This document shows, one piece after another, positions 24,475-33,400 of a stretch of 64,000 nt of DNA. The DNA comes from Vicinamibacterales bacterium (GTDB lineage: Bacteria; Acidobacteriota; Vicinamibacteria; Vicinamibacterales; UBA8438), in NCBI GenBank assembly GCA_965242835.1, contig OZ251506.1:5172401-5236400 (forward strand), read 5' to 3'. Numbering within the stretch: the first letter of the stretch is position 1; every line of letters begins with the position of its first letter. Position numbers and translations under genes: made by a program. The notes under the pieces are model-generated. The model was not told the DNA's origin. It saw nothing but the letters and a program-made list of their open reading frames with translations, and made no database searches.

Positions 24475-27243
24475 GTGATGTCCATACGGGACACCGTCGT
24501 TCCGTCTCCGGGGCGCGGCGTGTCACCGGACGCCGCCCCGGCGTCTCCCTGGCTGCTGACCGCGAGGGTGACGCCGCCGGAACGGGTGCGCGGGTACTTC
24601 CGGCGCCCGGAGCTGCTCGACAAGATCGCGCCGGCCGGAAAACGGCGGGTCGCCGTCGTGAAGGCGCCGGGAGGGTTCGGCAAGACCACGCTGCTGGCCG
24701 ATCTCTGCCGCCGGCTGCGGGAACGGGGCTGGGTCGCCGCCTGGCTGACGCTCACCGAGGACGACACGCCGGGCGTGCTGGGCGCCTACCTCGCCTACGC
24801 CTTCGCCCGCGCGGGCCTGGATCCGTCCGTTCTCGACGAGGCGGCGGCGGCCGCGGGCCCGCCGCGTCACGACGGTCACCAGACCGCGCTGCTGACGCGG
24901 GCGATCGAGGCCCACGCGGCCCGCTGCCTGCTGGTCCTCGACGACGCGGACCGGCCGGCGGACCGCGAAGCGGTCGAGACGATCAACGGCCTGTTGCGCC
25001 ACGCTCCCGCGAACCTGCACGTCGCCGTCGGGTGCCGGAGAAATCCCGGCCTGGACGTGGACGCCGCGGTGCTGGCCGGCGCCGGGGTGAGCGTGGGGGC
25101 CGAGCAGCTCCGCTTCTCGCCTCCCGAGATCGCCCGCTTCTTCGACCTCGGTCTGCCGCGGGACGACCTGCGGAAGCTGGTGGAGCGGACGGAGGGATGG
25201 CCCGTCGCCCTGCAGCTCTACCGCAACCTGCGGGCCGGCGAGACCGCGCGCGGCGCCGAGCAGGACTTCCGGGGCGACAAGGGCCTCGCCGCCACCTTCC
25301 TGGGCGAACGGCTGTTGCGCAACCTGTCGGACGAGGACCGCGGCCTGCTCCTCGACCTGGCGCTGTTCGACTGGATCGATCCGGCGCTGGTCGACGAGGC
25401 GCTCGAGACCGGCGGCACGCGGCGGCGGCTCGCCGCGCTGTCGGAGCTGGACGGGCTGCTGCACGATCGCGGGGAGGGCGTCCTGCGGCTGCACCCGCTG
25501 ATCCGCGAGTACTGCGTGGCGCGGCGGTTCCGGGACGCGCCCGACCGCTTCCGGTGGATCAACGGCCGCATCGCCCGCGCGATGGCGCACCGCGGACTGC
25601 TGGTGCCGGCCGTGCGGCACGCCCGCGACGCGGGCGACGAAGGGCTCGTCGGCGACGTCGTGGAGCGGGCCGGCGGCCTGCAGTTGTGGTGCACGGAAGG
25701 GGTGACGCGCCTGCACGCCATCGACCGGCTGCTGCCGCCCGCGGTGCTGGAGACGCATCCGCGGGTCGCGTTGCTGCACGGGCTGGTTCAGGCCCTGCGC
25801 GGCCGGTTCGACGAGGCCCGGGCGACGTACGACGCGGCCGCGCGGCGGACCGCGGGGTTCACCCGGGACCGGGACGGGGGGGACGACCGCCGGCTGCGCG
25901 CCGACGGCGTGCTCCTGCGGACGATGCTGGCCGCCTTCGGTTGCCTGCCGATCGGCCACGAGTCGGTCGGCGCGCTGATCGCCGAGGTGGCCGCGGTGGC
26001 CGACGACGAGGATCACGACCCCGCGATCCGCGGCGCGTGCAACCTCGTGCTCTGCGGCGGCAACTACCAGCGGGGACGGTTCGAGGCGAGCCGGCGGCGG
26101 GGACTGGAGGCCAGGGCGCTGTTCGACCGTTGCGGCTCCCGCTACGGCGTCCTGCAGTACGGTTTCCACGCCGGCCTCGAGGCGATGGCCCGGGGGCGCG
26201 CGCAGGAGGCCGCCGACCACTACGCGAACAGCCGGCGCCTCCTCGAGCGGCACTTCCCGGAGGACGGCGGCTCGGCGTCGATCCTGGACGTCCTGACCTC
26301 GGAGCTCGACCTGGAACGGAACCGCTTGCGGACGGTAGATCGGCGCCCGCCGGACGTCTCGAAGCTCCGCCGGCTGGGGGCGTGGTTCGACGTCTACGCG
26401 GCGGCCTACCGCGTGGCGGCCGAGATCGCGTTCTTCCGGCGCGGCGTGGACGCGGCGATGGCGCTGCTCGACACCGCGCGCGAGCACGCCGGCCGGCTGG
26501 GGCTGGCGAGCCTGGCGCGCTACCTGTCGGCGCTGCACGTCTCGTTCCTGGTCGCCGGCGGCCGCCCCGGCGACGCCGCCGCGGTGTGGCGCGGCGCGCG
26601 GCTGCCGGACGCCGAGATCGAGCTGACCGACCTGCGCGGCCAGACCTGGCGGGAGATGGAGGCGGCGGCGTGCGCCCGCGCGCGGCTGCTGGCCGCGCGC
26701 GGCGACTTCAGCCGCGCGCGCGGCCTCGCCGCGCGGCTCTGCGCCGTGGCCCGCGAAAGCGGTCTGGGACGCACGCTGATGCGCGGTCTCGCGGCCGCGA
26801 TCGTCGTCGAGCACCGGGCCGGCGCCGCCGGCGGCGCGGTGGCGCGGATGACCGAGTTCGTCGCGGCGCTCGGCTCGACGGACTATCCGCGTCCGCTCGT
26901 CCGGGAGCGGGCCGTCAGCCTCGCGGTGCTGCCGCTCGTGCGGGAGACGGCCGGCGACCCGGCGGTCCGGGAACGCGCCGCGGCGCTGATCGAGATGCTG
27001 GAAGGCGGCGCCGCCGGACCCGCCGGGGAGAAACCGGAATCCGCCGCGCCGGCGTTCACGCCGCGCGAGGTCGAAGTCCTGGAGCAGTTGGCGGCCGGCG
27101 CGCCGGACCGGGAGATCGCCGCCCGCCTCGGCCTGACCGTGGACGGCGTCCGCTACCATCTCCGGCGCATCTACCGCAAGACGCGCAGTCCCGGGCGAAC
27201 CGGCGCCGTGGAGCGCGCGCGTTCCCTGGGCGTGGTCTCCTGA
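24475..27243 (+). CDS. MalT-like (STAND ATPase + LuxR HTH) transcriptional regulator, paralog 1
   Basis: APGGFGKTTLL, LVLDD, LRFSPPE, TEGWPVAL, RLHPLIRE and C-terminal FTPREVEVL...VRYHLRRIYRK. Confidence 0.92.
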   Translation: MMSIRDTVVPSPGRGVSPDAAPASPWLLTARVTPPERVRGYFRRPELLDKIAPAGKRRVAVVKAPGGFGKTTLLADLCRRLRERGWVAAWLTLTEDDTPGVLGAYLAYAFARAGLDPSVLDEAAAAAGPPRHDGHQTALLTRAIEAHAARCLLVLDDADRPADREAVETINGLLRHAPANLHVAVGCRRNPGLDVDAAVLAGAGVSVGAEQLRFSPPEIARFFDLGLPRDDLRKLVERTEGWPVALQLYRNLRAGETARGAEQDFRGDKGLAATFLGERLLRNLSDEDRGLLLDLALFDWIDPALVDEALETGGTRRRLAALSELDGLLHDRGEGVLRLHPLIREYCVARRFRDAPDRFRWINGRIARAMAHRGLLVPAVRHARDAGDEGLVGDVVERAGGLQLWCTEGVTRLHAIDRLLPPAVLETHPRVALLHGLVQALRGRFDEARATYDAAARRTAGFTRDRDGGDDRRLRADGVLLRTMLAAFGCLPIGHESVGALIAEVAAVADDEDHDPAIRGACNLVLCGGNYQRGRFEASRRRGLEARALFDRCGSRYGVLQYGFHAGLEAMARGRAQEAADHYANSRRLLERHFPEDGGSASILDVLTSELDLERNRLRTVDRRPPDVSKLRRLGAWFDVYAAAYRVAAEIAFFRRGVDAAMALLDTAREHAGRLGLASLARYLSALHVSFLVAGGRPGDAAAVWRGARLPDAEIELTDLRGQTWREMEAAACARARLLAARGDFSRARGLAARLCAVARESGLGRTLMRGLAAAIVVEHRAGAAGGAVARMTEFVAALGSTDYPRPLVRERAVSLAVLPLVRETAGDPAVRERAAALIEMLEGGAAGPAGEKPESAAPAFTPREVEVLEQLAAGAPDREIAARLGLTVDGVRYHLRRIYRKTRSPGRTGAVERARSLGVVS

Positions 27244-27316
27244 ACGTGGTTCGGCCCCGATCGGCGCGCCCGGCGCCGGCGGATACAATGGTCCGTTCCG
27301 GTCATCGTGATCTCCC

Positions 27317-30103
27317 ATGACCGCGTCCCTGCCCTGGTTGCTCAACGCGAAGGTGACCGCGCCGGCCCGGGCCGACGGCTACCTTCCCCGGCCGGCGTTG
27401 CTCGGCGGCGCCGGCGCGGAGGACGCTCCCGGACTGATCGTCGTCGAGGCGCCGGGCGGTTTCGGCAAGACCACCCTGCTGGCCGACTTCTGCCACCGCC
27501 AGCGGGACCGGGGCGTGCTGGCCGTCTGGCTCACCCTCGACGAGGACGACACGCCGGACGTTCTGAGCGCCTACCTCGTCCACGCCTTCGAGCGCGGGAA
27601 ACTGGACGTCGGCATGCTGCACGACCTGCGCGGCGGCGCGCCGCATCCGCACGCGGTCGAGCCGCGGCTGGAGCTGCTGCTGCGGGCGATCGAGGGGCAC
27701 GGCGCGCCGTGTCTGCTGGTGCTCGACGAAGTGGAGCGGCTGGCGGACCGCGCCGCGGCCGCGGCGGTCGACTTCCTGGTGCGGCACCGCCCGGACAACC
27801 TGCGGATCGCGCTGGCGTACCGCGAAAATCCGGGCGTCGACGTCGCCACGATGCTCCTCGCCGGCCGCGCCGTCGTCGTGACCGAGGCGGAACTGCGGTT
27901 CTCGCCGGCCGAGATCGACCGGTTCTTCGGCGGCGCGCTGTCGCGGCCCGACCTCGACCGGGTCGCGGCGGCCACGGAAGGTTGGCCGGCCGCGCTGCGG
28001 ATCTACCGCAACGCCGCCTCGGGCGGCGCCTTCCCGCCGGCCGACGAGGTGCTCGCGGGGGATCGGGGCGTGCTCGCCGACTACTGCAACGCGCGCCTGC
28101 TGCGGCGCCTGCGGGACGAGGACCGCGAGCTGCTGCTGGACCTGGCGCTCTTCGACTGGATCGACCCGGCGGTGGTCGACGAGGTGCTCGAACGGACCGA
28201 TTCGCGGCGGCGGATCGAGGCGTTGTCGGCGCTGGCGGGGTTCATGCAGCCGATGGCGGCCGGCGCCGACGCCGACGCGCTCCGCCTGCACCCGATCGTC
28301 CGCGACTACTGCGCGACGCTGCGGTTTCGGGAGGACCCGGACCGCTTCCGGGATCTGCACCGCCGGATCGCGGGAGCGATGGGAACGCGGGGGCGGCTGA
28401 CGTCCGCGCTCCGCCACGCGCGCGCCGCCGGCGCCGCCGGGCTCGCGGGGGCGATCCTGGAGCGCGCCGGCGGGCTGCAGGTGCTGCTGCGGCAGGGCGT
28501 GGTCGCCATGCGCGCGGCGGATCGGTTTCTGACGCCCGAGACCCTGGCCCAGTACCCGCGGCTGGCGCTCGCGCGGTGCTTCCTCCGGGTCCGGTCGGGA
28601 CGCATCGACGACGCCCGCGCGCTGTTCGAGGAGACCCGGCGCGCCACCGCGGACTTCACGCGGGACCGGGAGGAGGGCGACGACCGCGCGCTGCGCGTCG
28701 ACGCGTTCATCGTGCGGGCGGTGCTGGCCGGATACGGCTGTCTGCCGGTCGCCGACCCGCTGGTGCCGCAACTGCTGGCCGAGGCGGAGCGGCTCGCGGG
28801 CGACCCCGCCCTGCCGCCGGAGATCCTCGGCGTGGTCGGCGAGGTGTCGTGCGTCGCGCACGGCCAGATGGCGCGCTTCGAGGACGGCCGGGCGGCGGGC
28901 GCCGCGGCGGCGGAGCACTACGCCCGGTGCGGGTCGCGCCACGGCGCGCTGTTCGTCGACCTGCACCTCGGCGGGGCCGCGATGGCCCGGGGCCGTTGCG
29001 CCGAGGCCGGGCGGCGCTACGCGCGCGCACGGCGGACGGCGGCGGAGGTCTTCGCGCGCGACATGAGCCCGGCGCTGTACGGCGACGTGCTGAGCGCCGA
29101 GCTCGCCCTGGAGCGCAACGACACGGCGGCGATCGACGACCGGTTGCTGCAGGGGTTCCCGGCCCGGCTGCGGGACCTGGGAGCGTGGTTCGACGTCTTC
29201 GCGGCCGGCTACGGCGTGGCCGCGGAGCTGACCGCCGTCCGCCACGGCGCGGACGCGGCCCTGGCGTTCCTGGACGAGAGGCGCGAGGAAGTCCGCTCCT
29301 GGGGGTTCACCGACCTGGCGCGGTACGTGGCCGCCCTGCGGGTCTCCACCCTGGCCGCGGCCGGGCGGCCCGAACCGGCCGCGCGGGCGTGGCGGGACGG
29401 CGGACTGCCGGAGCGCGACGCCGGCGTCCTCGACCTCGACGGCCAGCGCTGGCGCGAGATGGAGGCGGCGGCCGAGGCGCGCATCCGGCTGCTGGCGGCG
29501 GCGGGCGAGCCGGAGGCCGCGCGCGGCCTCGCGGACCGGCTCTGCGACGCCGCCGGGCGGCGCGGCCTGGTCCGCACCCGGATGCGGGGGCTCGCGGCCG
29601 GGGCGGCCGCCGCGCGCCGCGCCGGGGACGCGGCCGGGGCGGCCGCGCGGATGACGGCGTTCCTCCGCGCGGCGCGCGAGACCGACTATCCGCGCCCGCT
29701 GGTGCGCGAGCGCGGCGCGGGCGCCGCCGTCCTGCGCGAGCTGCTCGAAGCGGACGTCGCACCGGACCTCCGGGCGGCCGCCGAGGCGCTGCGCGCGCAC
29801 GTGGAGGCGCCGGACGCCGCCCCCGCCGCGCCGGAACTCAGCGCCCGCGAGCGGGACGTCCTGACGGGGATGGCCCGCGGCGAGCGGGCCCGGGAGACCG
29901 CCGCGCGGCTCGGCGTGACCGAGGACGGCGTCCGCTACCACGTCAAGGCGCTCTACCGCAAGCTCGGCGCCGGCGGCCGTCAGGACGCCGTCCGCCGCGC
30001 GCGGGAGCTGGGCGTCCTGCCGCGGGAGTCCGCGCCGCGGAACGGCGCGGACGCCGCGCCCGTTTCCTCCCCGGCGGGGGCGGCCACGCGCCCGCGGCCC
30101 TGA
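27317..30103 (+). CDS. MalT-like (STAND ATPase + LuxR HTH) transcriptional regulator, paralog 2
   Basis: Same motifs, colinear with paralog 1 (APGGFGKTTLL, TEGWPAAL, LSARERDVL...VRYHVKALYRKLG). Confidence 0.92.
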   Translation: MTASLPWLLNAKVTAPARADGYLPRPALLGGAGAEDAPGLIVVEAPGGFGKTTLLADFCHRQRDRGVLAVWLTLDEDDTPDVLSAYLVHAFERGKLDVGMLHDLRGGAPHPHAVEPRLELLLRAIEGHGAPCLLVLDEVERLADRAAAAAVDFLVRHRPDNLRIALAYRENPGVDVATMLLAGRAVVVTEAELRFSPAEIDRFFGGALSRPDLDRVAAATEGWPAALRIYRNAASGGAFPPADEVLAGDRGVLADYCNARLLRRLRDEDRELLLDLALFDWIDPAVVDEVLERTDSRRRIEALSALAGFMQPMAAGADADALRLHPIVRDYCATLRFREDPDRFRDLHRRIAGAMGTRGRLTSALRHARAAGAAGLAGAILERAGGLQVLLRQGVVAMRAADRFLTPETLAQYPRLALARCFLRVRSGRIDDARALFEETRRATADFTRDREEGDDRALRVDAFIVRAVLAGYGCLPVADPLVPQLLAEAERLAGDPALPPEILGVVGEVSCVAHGQMARFEDGRAAGAAAAEHYARCGSRHGALFVDLHLGGAAMARGRCAEAGRRYARARRTAAEVFARDMSPALYGDVLSAELALERNDTAAIDDRLLQGFPARLRDLGAWFDVFAAGYGVAAELTAVRHGADAALAFLDERREEVRSWGFTDLARYVAALRVSTLAAAGRPEPAARAWRDGGLPERDAGVLDLDGQRWREMEAAAEARIRLLAAAGEPEAARGLADRLCDAAGRRGLVRTRMRGLAAGAAAARRAGDAAGAAARMTAFLRAARETDYPRPLVRERGAGAAVLRELLEADVAPDLRAAAEALRAHVEAPDAAPAAPELSARERDVLTGMARGERARETAARLGVTEDGVRYHVKALYRKLGAGGRQDAVRRARELGVLPRESAPRNGADAAPVSSPAGAATRPRP
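30025..30055. repeat. REP-like 31-bp palindrome in frame in the 3' end of regulator 2
   Basis: ggagtccgcgccgcggaacggcgcggacgcc, 29/31 identical to 36273-36303. Confidence 0.75.
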
Positions 30104-30187
30104 CCCGCCCGGCCGGGCGGCGGGCGGAGCCGCGAGGGCGGCCGCTGGGCGGAACCGCCCGGCCCTGCCTCCGCGCGGTCCTTCCGG

Positions 30188-30389
30188 CTACCGGTTTCGA
30201 CTACCGGAACCGGTAGGGGCGCGCCCCGGCGGCGGCTACCGGCCGGACCACCGCGGCCGCCCGCCTTCGAGCCGCGGGGTCGCCCCGCTCCGGCATGCGC
30301 GGCCGGCCCGGATCCGCCCGCCTTCCCGATGACGACTACCGGAAGCGGTAGTCCCCTTCCCTACCCCCGGACCGTCGCGCCGCTACCGG
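30188..30389. promoter_or_regulatory. Cluster of CTACCGG boxes; candidate LuxR-HTH operator array
   Basis: CTACCGG at 30188, 30201, 30236, 30336 and 30383. Two near-identical palindromes: GACTACCGGAACCGGTAG (30199-30216) and GACTACCGGAAGCGGTAGTC (30334-30353). Confidence 0.6.
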
Positions 30390-30449
30390 TTTTTCGGCCG
30401 CCGCCCACCGTTGGCGGCCGGCGTGGCGGCGGCGACGATGGGCGCCGTC

Positions 30450-33400
30450 ATGACGACGCGCGCGATTGCCCGCCCCGTCCGCCGAACGTCCCGTCCGCCG
30501 GCCGCGCTCGCCGCCGGCGCGCTGGCGCTGTCGACCCTCGCCTCCCTCGCGCCGCCGGCCGCGGCGCAGACGAGCAACACCATCGACGTCACCATCACGG
30601 CGGCCACCGGACCGGCGGTTCCGAAGTTCCGGCTCCAGTTCGACTTCGGCGAGGACGTCAACGGGTTCACCACGGGCGACCTCCAACTGACGAACGCCAC
30701 GGTGTCGAGCGTGCTGGCCACGGGGAACCCGGTCGGCGACCTGCGGCGCTTCTTCGTCGACGTCTTCCCGGCCGCCGCCGGCGACGTGGTCGTGACGCTG
30801 GGGGCCGGAGGCGCCTGCAACGCGCATCCTCCGGTGGCGCGTTGCAACCGCGAGGCGTCGTTCAGGTGGAACCGGCCGGTGAATTCGGCGCCGGTGATCA
30901 CCAATCCGGGCGGCAAGACGTACCGCCAGGGCGAGATCGTCACCGCGTTCGGGATCACCGTGACGGACGCGGACCAGGACGCCGTGACCGTGACGCTGAC
31001 GGGGCTGCCGTCCGGGCTGAGCTATTCGGCGACGACCGGGCAGGTGTCCGGAACGGTCGCGTTCGACGCCGCGGCGAAGAACTACGGCGTCACGATCTCC
31101 GCCGACGACGGCACCAACGCGGCGGTGACGGCCTCGTTCACCGTCACGGTGACGGCGAACTCGACGCCGGTGATCACGCCGCCGGGGAACAGGACGTACG
31201 CCCGGGGGGAGACGATCACGGCGTTCGGGATCACCGTGACCGACGCGGACGACGACGCGCTGACGGTGGAAGTGACGGGGCTGCCGTCGGGGCTGAGCTA
31301 TTCGGCGACGGCCGGGCAGGTGTCCGGAACGGTCGCGTCCGACGCCGAGGCGAAGAACTACAGCGTCGGCATCTCCGCGACGGACGGCATGTCGCAGGCG
31401 TCGGCCTCGTTCACCGTCACGGTCACCCTGCCGCCGAACCAGCCGCCGGAGATCACGGCGCCGGAGGACAAGCGGTACACCCAGGGACAGTCGATCATCC
31501 CGTTCTTCGTCCGGGCGATAGATTCGGACGGCATCACGAGCCTGGCGGTGACCGGCCTGCCGTCGGGCCTCGGCTTCGCCACCCCCGCGGGAACGGGCTA
31601 CGTCACCTTCGCGGGAACGGTGTCGGGGACGGTGGCGGCCGACGCGGAGGTGAAGACGCATACGGTGACCATCACCGCCTCCGACGGGACGGACGAGTCG
31701 ACGGCGACCTTCGACGTCACGGTGGCCGCCGCGGCGCAGACGTCGGACCCGCCGGACCCGTCGGACCCGACGCCGGCGAACACGGCGCCCGTGATCACGG
31801 ACCCGGGGAACAAGGAGTACGCGCAGGGCGAAGCCGTCGCGGCGTTCGCGATCACGGTCACCGACGCCGACGTGGAAGACACGGTCTCGGTTTCGGTGTC
31901 GGGCCTGCCGCCGGGACTGGGCTGGTCGTCGTCGTCGGGCCAGGTGTCGGGGACCGTGGCGGCCGACGCCGACGCGCAGGACTACACGGTCACGATCACC
32001 GCCGACGACGGCGCGAACGCGGCGGTGACGCTGGACTTCACCGTGACCGTCACCGCGGCGGCCGTAGCGCCCACGCCGCTGCCGGCGTCGAACCGCCAGC
32101 CGGCGATCACGGACCCGGGGGACAAGGAATACGAGCAGGGCGAAGCGATCGCGGCGTTCGGGATCACGGTCACCGACGCCGACGACGACACGGTTTCGGT
32201 TTCGGTGTCGGGTCTGCCGCCGGGACTGGGCTGGTCGTCGTCTTCGGACCAGGTGTCGGGAACCGTGGCGGCCGACGCCGACGCGCGGGACTACACCGTC
32301 ACGATCACCGCCGACGACGGGGTGACCCCGGAGGTGACGCTGGACTTCACCGTGACCGTCACCGCGGCGTCGGTGCAGTCGCCCGACCCGGCGGACCCGC
32401 GGGACCCGACGCCGCCGAACACGCCGCCCGTGATCACGGACCCGGGGGACAAGGAGTACGCGCAGGGCGAAGCGATCGCGGCGTTCGCGATCACGGCGAC
32501 CGACGCCGACGCGGACGACACCGTGTCGGTTTCGGTGTCGGGTCTGCCGCCGGGCCTGGGCTGGTCGCCGTCCGCGGGCCGGGTGTCGGGCACGGTGGCG
32601 GCCGACGCGGCGGCGCGGGGCTACGCCGTCACCGTCACCGCCGACGACGGCGCGAACGCGGCGGTGACGCTGGACTTCACCGTGACGGTGACCGCGCGGG
32701 CGGCCTCGTCCGCGCCCGCGCCGAACCGGCCGCCGGAGATCGCGGATCCGGGCGACAAGAGCTACGCCCAGGGAGAGACGATCGCGGCGTTCGCGATCGA
32801 AGTGACGGACGCGGACGACGACGACCTGACGGTGGACGTGACCGGACTGCCGCGGGGGCTCGGCTACGCGCCGTCGACGGGCCTGGTGGCGGGCACGGTC
32901 GCCGCGAACGCCGACGTGCGGGACTACGCGGTGCGCATCACGGCGACGGACCACGTCAACCCGGCGGTGCGGGCGGACTTCACGACCACCATCACGGTGA
33001 CCGACGAAGACGAGCCGGGCGTCGTCGTCAGACCGACCCGGTTGCGCATGCCGGTGCGCGAGGTCCGCTCGTACACCGTGGCGTTGCGCCGGCCGCCGCA
33101 AGCCGACGTGACGATCGCCGTCCGGGTTCCCGACCCCGGCGTGACCGTCACGCCGGAGGTGCTGGCCATCCGGGCGGACGACTGGGACCGGACCTACGAG
33201 GTGCGGGTGAGCGGCCGGACGGCCGCGCGCGCCACGCTGAGCCATACCGTGCAGGGGGGCGGCTACGACGGGGTCCCCGCGTCGGACGTGGCGGTGAACG
33301 TGTTCGGCGACGACACGGGCGGCGGCGGCGCGGGGAACGCGGGGAACCGGAAGCCGGCCTTCACGGCGACGGTGCCCCCGCAGCGTTACCAGGAAGGGAC

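Noticed and set aside
30880-33010. Long near-identical repeats as a possible DGR template/variable pair or CRISPR
   Set aside because: They are ~270-330-bp in-frame Ig-domain repeats. No adenine-specific mismatch pattern was seen and there is no reverse transcriptase in the window.
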